Source of the DNA: an uncultured virus (IMG/VR IMGVR_UViG_3300025934_000016)
Taxonomy: Duplodnaviria > Heunggongvirae > Uroviricota > Caudoviricetes
Length of the DNA: 64,000 nucleotides
IMG/VR virus record: IMGVR_UViG_3300025934_000016
Direction: 5' to 3' (one strand)
Both the position numbers and the translations under genes were made by a program. A model generated the notes under the pieces. The model did no database searches, was not told the origin of the DNA, and saw only the letters and a list, made by a program, of their open reading frames with translations. Each line of letters starts with the position of its first letter. The first letter of the stretch is position 1. Of the stretch, positions 8,969-17,353 are shown one piece after another.

Positions 8969-9627
8969 CGGCTGGTCGTGTTACAGGAAAGCGGGGTGTA
9001 AGCGCTCGCACCCTTGGCATTAAGCCCCCTCACTTTTCCGCAGTAACTCGTGTGCGCCTTTAAGCCGGTCCAATCCCAGTTGGTTGTGTCGGCCGGGAGG
9101 GTGGCTCGCTTCACAAAGGCTCTCGGGCCGTTTGCCGTCCTGCCGACCACCTCGTAACTCGTCTCATTCGCCACGTCGTCCCATGTGAGCGATAGCGTGT
9201 CTGTGGGGGAGGCGGAGTTTTGCGAGACCGTAAACCCGCTGGGGGCATTGGGTGGCGTCGCCGGTGGAGGCGGCGGAAGAAAGGCGATACACGCGAGATT
9301 GGAGTAGGTGCTCGACACCGTGGGACCGCTCGTAGGCACAAGCACGGCCTTCAGCCGGTAGGTATAAGTGTTGGTTATCAGGGGATCGCGCACCACCGTC
9401 GTGTCGACCACCTGTGTGGTGTTGGCCGCAATCGGCGCGAGTGCCGCAAACGACCCGCCGTTTAACTGGCGCTCCAGGACAAAGCCGGTCTCGTTGGTGG
9501 AATTATCCTGCCATGTGAGCGTGGCCTGAGTCGGATGAGTCAAGTCCGCCTGGAGACAGGTCTGCGCGTAGGTGAGTCCGGGAATCCCGAGGAGCAGCCC
9601 CGCTACTAGAAGTATGCCTTTCCACAT
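8965..9627 (-). CDS. Signal-peptide protein with two fibronectin type III domains
   Basis: MWKGILLVAGLLLGIPGLTYA; LTWQDNSTNETGFVLER; LTWDDVANETSYEV. Confidence 0.85.
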   Translation of the reverse strand: MWKGILLVAGLLLGIPGLTYAQTCLQADLTHPTQATLTWQDNSTNETGFVLERQLNGGSFAALAPIAANTTQVVDTTVVRDPLITNTYTYRLKAVLVPTSGPTVSSTYSNLACIAFLPPPPPATPPNAPSGFTVSQNSASPTDTLSLTWDDVANETSYEVVGRTANGPRAFVKRATLPADTTNWDWTGLKAHTSYCGKVRGLNAKGASAYTPLSCNTTSR

Positions 9628-9651
9628 AAGATTCTCCCAAAGGGTAATGCT

Positions 9652-12099
9652 TTAGAATCCATTGATTTGAAACGTCGAACTGGCGCCTATTTCGAAGGTC
9701 GATCCGGCGCCTATCTGGAAGTTGCTGGGCGCGATCACCGGCACAACGGGACAGTTGGCATCGCCGATCACGCTAGGCGTGGCGATGTTGGTCTGGACTG
9801 AGCCTGAAGCAGCGCAAGCGGCGCCGAACGTTGTGTTCCCGCCCGCAGTGACCGGGATGCCCCAGTTATAAACCCGGACCTCATCGATCATGCCGTCGAA
9901 GTACTCGCCGAACTCGCTGTTCCCAACCCGTAGTGCGAACGTGGACGGCTCGATGTAGCCGGTCGCTGGCGTAGTGGTTATGAGCACGCCGTTTTTATAA
10001 AGCTTTAAGTTTGCGCCGTCGTAGGTAAGCGCGAGATGGGTCCATGTGCCGATTGGAAGCGGCGTTGCATTACAGACGGTAAAGCGCGGCGTTGATGTGC
10101 CATTGGTAGTGAACGTGCCCAAAACCTCCCCGTCGCCACACCCGCCAAAAGAGGTAGAGCTTGCATAAAGCTCGTAGGGCGAGGACGGTGTGCCGTCGCC
10201 CGTGGATGAAATTTTATGTACCACTGCGCGAAAGTCGGTGTGCGGGTTGGCCGGGTTTACCCAGGCTGAGATGGTAAAGGACTGGGTAAAATCGAGTGTG
10301 TTGGCCGAGGCGATATCGACATAACCCGTGGTGCCGTTAAAAGAAAGCGCCTTGCCGTAGCGCCCATTGGTTGCCCAGGTCATACCGCCCGTGAGCGTGC
10401 CGGTATTGCCGTTGCCGCTTGAGTCGGTGGCGCTTGTGCCGCTGCCGGTTTCAAACCCCAGTGCTACGGCCAGGGTATTGCCGGGAAAGGTCGGGGCGTA
10501 AGTGACTGCGATGCTGTCGGTGCTCGCGTTTAGGTTTGAGTCGGTGGCGGTGATCGTAATGTTATTGACACCCGGCTTGAGCGGAATATTGGAGGCGGTC
10601 CAATTGGCGGTTCCTGTGGCAGTGCCCGAGCCACCGCGGTCATTGACCCAGGTGATGCTGCCCGTGGATGCGATTGCGCCAATATCGGTGCCGCCCGTCC
10701 CGGCCCCTCGCGCAGGGCTAGAGGACTGCAGGGTCAAGTCGCCGGCACCGGGGTTGGTAAACAGCGGATTGGTCTGGAGGCTCGTCGTATTGTCGCCCGA
10801 GAGCGAGCGCCAGGTTGCTAGAGATGTGGTGTCAGTCCCATTGGACCATTGCCAGTGCAAAGTACCGCCGTCGGTGCGGTAATAAATGTTGTTTGAAAAT
10901 ACGTTCCCGGTGCAGCTTGCGGAGGCTGCGTCTACCGACACCACACCCTGCACGCTGGAATTGACGACAAAAATATTGTTCCTGACTATCGTATTGGAGC
11001 CGGCCTGAAAGAACTGCATCCCGTGGGTATCAACATCGTAGACTGAGTTGTGATCGATCACATTGCCGGTGTTGCCGGTGCAGCTACTCCCTCGCGTCTG
11101 AAATCCCCTGGAGGCCAAAGCGTGGGCGTTATAAATCTGGTTATACGAGATGGTTGCGGTGCTGCAGTCGGCCTCATAAAAAACTCCCGCGAAGCCGCCG
11201 CCGCCATGAATGCTATTGGTTCCGTTGTAATTAAAAATCCTGTTTCGCCTGACCGTGGAAGTTCTATCGCCGGCATCGCAGTAGATACCGGCGGTCAGGT
11301 TGTCGAATGTCGGCGCGTTGGGTGGATTGGTGACGGCTGCATAGCAGGCGGCTAGATCCTGAAAGTCGCTGATTACATTGTCGCTGATCGTGCTGCTAAG
11401 ATTTGTCTCTCCGCCCGAGCCTCCGCTTAGATAGACCCCCTGGTGCTGGCGATGCCCGTCAATCACACCGCAGCGCACCTGAGTGATTGTGTTGAACGTG
11501 ACCTGGGTATTGAGCGTGTGCATCAGCTCGATGCCGGTGTAGATCGGGTTAGTGATCGTGTTCTGAGTCACGATGGCGGTGATACGATGGGGGCTGGACC
11601 AGTTGCCTTCGATGAAGATCGGCCTGATCGTCTTACCGGTGCTCCCCTGAGTCGTCCCGCCCCAGCAGTTGATTGTAAGCCCGCTGACGGTAATTCCCAC
11701 CGTGTCCACGGTGTCAGCTTTGGCGTGCACGGCGCTGCCCGCAGTGTTAGCCGTGGAGCAGGCATCCCACCGGAGATTTCGTACCGTGATGTAGTTCGCG
11801 TCGTTGATATCCAACTGCATGACCAGGTTGGGGTTATGCCCCGTATCCGGCTCGATGATGATCGGGTTTGCGCTTGTGCCGCTGCGCGAGAGGGTGGAGT
11901 TGGTGGTGTAGTTACTCGCCGCATCCCTTATGCGGATCGAATCGCCCGCGTTGACAACATCAAAGGCGTTTTGGATAGAGCAGTAGGGACTCCCTGTCGT
12001 TCCCGAGCCGGGACAGGAGTTGTCCTTATCGACGTAGAGGGTTGCGCCGTAAGCATCGGCGGCAAAAAACGCGAGCAATAACGCCATTAGATATTTCAT
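9652..12099 (-). CDS. Signal-peptide beta-helix + partial Ig + LamG protein
   Basis: Likely start MKYLMALLLAFFAADAYG (ATGA overlap); PYCSIQNA, beta-helix repeats, DIGA, LamG FTISAWV...WTHLALTYDG...IDEVRVYN. Confidence 0.85.
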   Translation of the reverse strand: MKYLMALLLAFFAADAYGATLYVDKDNSCPGSGTTGSPYCSIQNAFDVVNAGDSIRIRDAASNYTTNSTLSRSGTSANPIIIEPDTGHNPNLVMQLDINDANYITVRNLRWDACSTANTAGSAVHAKADTVDTVGITVSGLTINCWGGTTQGSTGKTIRPIFIEGNWSSPHRITAIVTQNTITNPIYTGIELMHTLNTQVTFNTITQVRCGVIDGHRQHQGVYLSGGSGGETNLSSTISDNVISDFQDLAACYAAVTNPPNAPTFDNLTAGIYCDAGDRTSTVRRNRIFNYNGTNSIHGGGGFAGVFYEADCSTATISYNQIYNAHALASRGFQTRGSSCTGNTGNVIDHNSVYDVDTHGMQFFQAGSNTIVRNNIFVVNSSVQGVVSVDAASASCTGNVFSNNIYYRTDGGTLHWQWSNGTDTTSLATWRSLSGDNTTSLQTNPLFTNPGAGDLTLQSSSPARGAGTGGTDIGAIASTGSITWVNDRGGSGTATGTANWTASNIPLKPGVNNITITATDSNLNASTDSIAVTYAPTFPGNTLAVALGFETGSGTSATDSSGNGNTGTLTGGMTWATNGRYGKALSFNGTTGYVDIASANTLDFTQSFTISAWVNPANPHTDFRAVVHKISSTGDGTPSSPYELYASSTSFGGCGDGEVLGTFTTNGTSTPRFTVCNATPLPIGTWTHLALTYDGANLKLYKNGVLITTTPATGYIEPSTFALRVGNSEFGEYFDGMIDEVRVYNWGIPVTAGGNTTFGAACAASGSVQTNIATPSVIGDANCPVVPVIAPSNFQIGAGSTFEIGASSTFQINGF

Positions 12100-13505
12100 G
12101 GTAGCGTGCTCGTCCCTCCGAGGGTGATGGTCGAGGTGCCGACGGTCACGCTCGGGTTGGAAGTCGGCGAGGTGATGGTAACGACCGGAAGCGTCCCGCC
12201 GACAAACTCGTAGGCGCCGATGTCCCAGCCCGAACCTTGCGGCCTGGTTACGCCGGCTATGTCCGTGCAGGTAACGCTCGGCGTGCAACTGGCGCTCGCG
12301 GAGGCATCGGTTCCCTGATTGATAACGTTGGCGGTAGTGGTCGCGTTGGAGTTCAAGTGAAAGTTGGGAGTGCTCGCCGTGGGCGCCACAAAGATCGTGG
12401 AGGCCGCGGTGCTGGAAAAATTATGATCGACCGTGGGGGAGCTGCACGCTGCGGTATCGATGCTGTTGACGTTATTGGAAACGAGCAGGTTGTTTTTAAT
12501 GACCGCCCCCGGCGCCGTATCGCAATGGATGACACCGAATGCCCCGGTGCCGCCGTAGATGGTCAGGTTGATTAGCTTGTTGTTGGACCCGCTGTAACCG
12601 ATGTCCGCGCCGTTCCAGCTATTATAAATGAGGATGTTATATGCGAGGTTGTTGTCGCCCGAATAGAGCCCGACGGCAAAGTTGGCAAAGCGATGGTCGA
12701 GCCCAACATCGTGGATGGTAATATTTCGATAGATGTTGTTCGACGGTGCGCTTGAGCCGCTTGCCCCGCTTAGGTAGTTATGAATCCCGTAATTTTGATA
12801 ATTGTAGCAAGTCGTGTTCTCGATCAAGTTTCTATCGGTATGAATATACCAGCAGTGACGCTGGTCGGACTGGGTAAACGTCCCGCCACCGCCGTCATGG
12901 ACCGAGCCGCCAGTAATCCAGATGTCGCTCCCGATGCGATCGCCACCGCCGACTTGATAGCCCTGTCCCGAATAGTTCTTTACCTCGATATTGTCGAATT
13001 TTAGGTGATCGATCGCGCCGCCGTTGGCACCGCCGCCGATGCCCACGCCGTCAACATCGCTGGTGGTTGCACCATTGTTCGAGCCGTCGCACACCAGATC
13101 CTTAAAAATAATGTAGCGCATCGTGGTGCCGTTATCCCCGGCGCCCACACACCCCACTCCACCCGGGGTCCTAAGCGTTGCCACTTCGCCGGTGTGTCCT
13201 TGGATCACAAGGGCGTTGGAATAACTCGACCCACTCTTGGAGGCGAGCTGGGCGATGGTCATGTTCTCGGCGTAGGTGCCGCCCCGTATGTCGATGACGT
13301 CGCCCACACCGCCCGAGCTTGCGCTAATCGCCGTCGCAATAGTGGCGTAAGCGGTGGGGCTCCCCGCGCCGCCGGAACAGTTGCGCGCGCTCACGCTGTA
13401 ATTTCCCGAGCATCCCGATGGGGTCAGCGCATCCACGTAGCGGGTAGCCGCTTGGGCGCTTGTCGCCGCAAGTAAAAATAAAAAGACCGCCAATATTCTC
13501 TTCAT
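12096..13505 (-). CDS. Signal-peptide right-handed beta-helix protein
   Basis: MKRILAVFLFLLAATSAQA; IDIRGGTY, Asn-rich repeats, RPQGSGWDIGAYEF. Confidence 0.85.
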   Translation of the reverse strand: MKRILAVFLFLLAATSAQAATRYVDALTPSGCSGNYSVSARNCSGGAGSPTAYATIATAISASSGGVGDVIDIRGGTYAENMTIAQLASKSGSSYSNALVIQGHTGEVATLRTPGGVGCVGAGDNGTTMRYIIFKDLVCDGSNNGATTSDVDGVGIGGGANGGAIDHLKFDNIEVKNYSGQGYQVGGGDRIGSDIWITGGSVHDGGGGTFTQSDQRHCWYIHTDRNLIENTTCYNYQNYGIHNYLSGASGSSAPSNNIYRNITIHDVGLDHRFANFAVGLYSGDNNLAYNILIYNSWNGADIGYSGSNNKLINLTIYGGTGAFGVIHCDTAPGAVIKNNLLVSNNVNSIDTAACSSPTVDHNFSSTAASTIFVAPTASTPNFHLNSNATTTANVINQGTDASASASCTPSVTCTDIAGVTRPQGSGWDIGAYEFVGGTLPVVTITSPTSNPSVTVGTSTITLGGTSTLP

Positions 13506-14539
13506 TGGATCACCACTGGTCTGTGCCGGCGCACGGTTGCAGGTGCAGCCGGGACCGCTTTGAGTGCGTAGTAATACATCGTGACGGTGTTCTCGTTGAC
13601 GCTAAGCGCGGTGCCGACCTCAAAGCCGGTCGATAAAAACTGCTGGATTCGGTCGGTGCTGACATCGGCATCGCTCGAAAACGCTGCGTCACCGGTATTG
13701 TCCTTGAAGCGCCAGATCGCCACGCGCGAGCCGCTCTCGCCTTTGATAATGACAAACTGCGGTAAGAAGCCCGGTAGAGTTACAGCACGATTATCGTTGG
13801 TGACACCATCGCCGACCGCATTGCCGACATAGCTACTGGCCGAGGTGCTTCCGCTGACCGCCTTGATGGCCAAATAAAAAACGTTTTGCCCCGAGCGATT
13901 GACCGTCGCATCGGTCCCGACCTCAAAGCCGCTGCCATTGAAAGCCTGAATGCCGTTGGACATGCAGGCAAAAGCCTGGAAAAAGCAGCTCTTGTCACCG
14001 CTCATTGCGGTTGTGCGAAACATCGCTTCGCTGTTGGAGTTGTCGTCGGTCTGGACCAGGACAAACTCGGGCGAGAAGTCGGCGATTGCGCCAAGCGATG
14101 TGCTCGATATGTCAATGGCGCGGTTATCACTGCTGTCGCCCGTGACGTGCCCTACTGCTAGATCGCCGCCATTGTTAGCAAGCGCGGTGTAGTAACAGGT
14201 CTGAGTGTCGGCATTGGCTAAATCGGACGTGCCGACCTGAAAGCCGTCGCTGTTAAAAGCCTGAATGACATCGGTGAATATGCCGCTCGATGCGTCCAGC
14301 CGAATCGCCGCTTCGCCAAGGGTGGCGATCATATCGCGCGTGCTCCACATCATAGGTTGTCCGCCTCGGCACTTGACGAACACGACATCAGGCTGAAAGC
14401 TTGTCACCGAGGGCGAGGTTGTTGAGGCAATCACAATGTTGCGATTGTCGGCGCTATTGCCGGTGTATGACCCGCTGGCAAACTTGTAGCCCCACGCGGG
14501 CGAAGCGATAAATAAGAGAAGAAGAAGGAGCCAGTTCAT
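13502..14539 (-). CDS. Signal-peptide fibre-like protein with three internal repeats
   Basis: MNWLLLLLLFIASPAWG; three copies of a unit like SYTGN..DNR...F.P..V......IQ.F...GF.VGT. Confidence 0.8.
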   Translation of the reverse strand: MNWLLLLLLFIASPAWGYKFASGSYTGNSADNRNIVIASTTSPSVTSFQPDVVFVKCRGGQPMMWSTRDMIATLGEAAIRLDASSGIFTDVIQAFNSDGFQVGTSDLANADTQTCYYTALANNGGDLAVGHVTGDSSDNRAIDISSTSLGAIADFSPEFVLVQTDDNSNSEAMFRTTAMSGDKSCFFQAFACMSNGIQAFNGSGFEVGTDATVNRSGQNVFYLAIKAVSGSTSASSYVGNAVGDGVTNDNRAVTLPGFLPQFVIIKGESGSRVAIWRFKDNTGDAAFSSDADVSTDRIQQFLSTGFEVGTALSVNENTVTMYYYALKAVPAAPATVRRHRPVVIQ

Positions 14540-17256
14540 TAAGCCGCCTGTTTCAAAAGCACGCCCACCACTCGCGCATCGCCATCGTCGGTGTTGGTGG
14601 TGGCGTCAGTGGTCCAGCGGAAAAATAGAGTTGCTCCCGCGCCGCAAGTCCCGTTAGGAGTGATCGCCGCCGTGGTCCCGGTGTAATTGTTATTGGCGCT
14701 AGTCATCGTGATATCGAGCGTTTGCGCCGCGCCCCAGGTCCCATCGACCGTGGTTGCGTTGTTTCTGCACATCGCCTTAAAGGCACCCGCGAAATGCTGT
14801 GAAGCGCTATCCACGTCGTTGACGGTGAGCGTGATGGTGATTGTGGCGAGAGAATGTGTGAGCGTTATCTGGCCGTCAAATGTGGAGCTATTCGAATCCG
14901 CGCACGAGAAGTAGTAGCCGGTTGGACCGCCATTGATCGTTTGCTTGGTTGGATCGGTGCAGTTGGTTCCATCCGGGGTAAGCGAGCCGCCGTCAAAAGA
15001 CGCATTGATCCCGGTCGTGAGCGTGTTGGTGCCGCCCGCCTCGGTGGCAACCAGGGTCTTATTCGTGCCCGTGCTCGTGCTGGAATCGGTCCAGGTGCCA
15101 GTTCCCGCCACACCGCCGTCAATGCAGGTCACAACGGCGCCCGCTACGGCAAGTTTGACTATATGGCCGTCTGTGAGCGCGCCGCCTGCAGTCGTGCAGG
15201 GTGCGATGGTGCCGCTGGCGTTGGGAATCGTCCAGGTCTTTGTCCCTGTGACTGCCGAAGTATCATAGGTGAGCTTGTTGGTAGCAACATTGCCCACCGA
15301 GAGACCGCCCGACGCATTGGCCACGCCCGCCACGTCTTTGAGTGTTCCCGAAGTGCCAAAGGAGGTCGCGCCCGTGGCGATCAAATAGTTGCCCGTCGTC
15401 GCGCCGCTCAGTCCGCCAGTTGATGTTGTGCCGCAAGTCCAGGAGCCGTTCCAGTTAAGATGCTGCCCAGCGGAGTCGATACAGGATGGGATGGCCTTGG
15501 TGGTCATGGTCCCGGCGCCGGTGAACATGGGAAAGGCATCGGTCGCTCCGCTCAGGGCCGAGAGCGCGGTCAAGTTGGCGTTGAGTGCCTGGACTTCCGA
15601 AGAGATAGAAAGCGTGACCGTGCTGCCGTTAAAGCCGCACTTGAGCCGGTTCGCGGTGGTGTCGTAGGCGCAGCGCCCTGAGAGGGTCGGCGTGGCGCCG
15701 CTCGCCTTGGGAAAGGTAAAGCTCGCCGCCGCACCAAAGTCCTGATCGCCTGCGGAAAACGCATTCGACTGATCGGTCTGAACGGCCAGAGACCCCAAGT
15801 TGATCACCGGGTCGCCACCCACTCCCCCAGGATTGCTCGTGAAGACCACCCGGTTAGCCGTTCCCTGAAGAGTACGCCCCGCGTAGGTTCCCGCGCCCGT
15901 GCGCACCATGATCCCCGTAGCCGAGAAGTCGCTGTCACCGACAAGCCTCGTGTTGGCGTTGGGCACGCTGAGCGTGCGCGTGGTCGAGGGGGTGATCCCT
16001 GACACGTCCCACTTGAGGATTTTGGAGGTATCGGCCGTATCGAGTAGACTCCAACTCCCTGAGCGCCAACTGTTCGCGCCGGTCCACGTATAAGCCGCCG
16101 ACTGATCTAGCGATGCCGCTGCTGCAGGACAGGTACCGTCAAAAGCGAGGTATTGCCCCGCTCCGCAGGAAGTCCGGTTGGCCACAATGGTTCCGGTGCC
16201 GGTCGTATTGAGCACGCCGCCGCTGCCGATCGAGAGCGCATTGACGTTGGAGCCCGCCGTGACCGCCGAAAAAGCGACCGCGCCGCCCGTCGTGTCGAGG
16301 TCGGTTGTGGAGCCGTTCTCGCGTTTTCGAAACTTGTTGGTTGACGAGTTATACCAGACATCGCCGTTTGCGGGTGTCGATGGGTCGCCCGCCACCGGGC
16401 CGATGTTGACCCCCGCCGTCGTGGCGCTATGGCTAAAAATCTGTTTGGCGCCTGCGGTATAGGTATTGGTCTGATCGGTCTGAACGGCCAGAGACCCCAA
16501 GTTGATCACCGGGTTGGCGCTGCCGTCCCCAGGGGTAATAGTTACCCGGTTGGTGGTGCCCTGAAGCGTGCGCGAGGCGTAGGTTCCCGCGCCCGTGCGG
16601 GCCATGAAGCCGACTCCCGAGAAGTCCGCATCACCGAGGAGCCGTGTGCTCGCGTTGGGGAGGCTAAAGGTTCTGGTTGTGGAGGTGGTAAATCCCGATA
16701 AGTCCCACTTGAGAATCTTGCTCGTATCGGCTGAATCGAGAAGGCTCCAGTTTCCTGAGCGCCACGAATGAGGGCCGGTCCAGGTGTAGGTCGTGCTTTG
16801 ATCGACAATGCCTGTGGGAACCGTGCAGTCGGTTCGGTTCTGAACCGAGTTGTCGCTGCAGGCGATTCCGCCGCCGGTAAAGTTTAGGTTTGGGCGCTGC
16901 GTGAGCGGTGTGGCCTCATCCTGAATGGTATGGGCGGCACCGCCGCCGCTCGTGATCGAGACATCGGTGGCGCCCGTGGCGGGGTTATCCGCGGCCGTCA
17001 CGCCCGAGCCGGTGAAGTTGAGCTTTTGGCGGGGCGCGAGATTCACGCCCTCGTCTTGGACGGTATGCCCGGATTGTCCTCCGGGAAACTGGTTATCGAG
17101 CTTGTCGAAATTGTTGTTGATGTCCTGGCCCCAAGTGCCCGGTTCGGCCTCGGGTTTGACCAAGCCTAAATTCGGCGTGGTTGTTTGTGCGTAGGTGGGG
17201 TATGTAAATTGGCAAACGGCAATCAGGAAGACAAAAAAAGACAATAGTTTTTTCAT
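14539..17256 (-). CDS. Tail fibre-like protein with signal peptide
   Basis: MKKLLSFFVFLIAVCQFTYPTYA, then the fibre N-terminal motif TTTPNLGLVKP...WGQDINNNFDKLD; G/T/S-rich with internal duplications. Confidence 0.8.
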   Translation of the reverse strand: MKKLLSFFVFLIAVCQFTYPTYAQTTTPNLGLVKPEAEPGTWGQDINNNFDKLDNQFPGGQSGHTVQDEGVNLAPRQKLNFTGSGVTAADNPATGATDVSITSGGGAAHTIQDEATPLTQRPNLNFTGGGIACSDNSVQNRTDCTVPTGIVDQSTTYTWTGPHSWRSGNWSLLDSADTSKILKWDLSGFTTSTTRTFSLPNASTRLLGDADFSGVGFMARTGAGTYASRTLQGTTNRVTITPGDGSANPVINLGSLAVQTDQTNTYTAGAKQIFSHSATTAGVNIGPVAGDPSTPANGDVWYNSSTNKFRKRENGSTTDLDTTGGAVAFSAVTAGSNVNALSIGSGGVLNTTGTGTIVANRTSCGAGQYLAFDGTCPAAAASLDQSAAYTWTGANSWRSGSWSLLDTADTSKILKWDVSGITPSTTRTLSVPNANTRLVGDSDFSATGIMVRTGAGTYAGRTLQGTANRVVFTSNPGGVGGDPVINLGSLAVQTDQSNAFSAGDQDFGAAASFTFPKASGATPTLSGRCAYDTTANRLKCGFNGSTVTLSISSEVQALNANLTALSALSGATDAFPMFTGAGTMTTKAIPSCIDSAGQHLNWNGSWTCGTTSTGGLSGATTGNYLIATGATSFGTSGTLKDVAGVANASGGLSVGNVATNKLTYDTSAVTGTKTWTIPNASGTIAPCTTAGGALTDGHIVKLAVAGAVVTCIDGGVAGTGTWTDSSTSTGTNKTLVATEAGGTNTLTTGINASFDGGSLTPDGTNCTDPTKQTINGGPTGYYFSCADSNSSTFDGQITLTHSLATITITLTVNDVDSASQHFAGAFKAMCRNNATTVDGTWGAAQTLDITMTSANNNYTGTTAAITPNGTCGAGATLFFRWTTDATTNTDDGDARVVGVLLKQAA

Positions 17257-17353
17257 TTACATTACTCGCTTATGGACACCTACCTTTCTCGCGCCGCTAA
17301 AGGACGCGCCGTTAAAAGGGCTTTGCTGTTTGGGGCTCGCTCTCACATTACCT

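Noticed and set aside
12100..12288. N-terminal extension of the 878-aa ORF
   Set aside because: Overlaps the upstream gene; the signal peptide and ATGA coupling indicate start 12099
15769..16803. DGR template/variable repeat pair
   Set aside because: Both copies are in frame in one gene, differences are not adenine-specific, and no reverse transcriptase is seen
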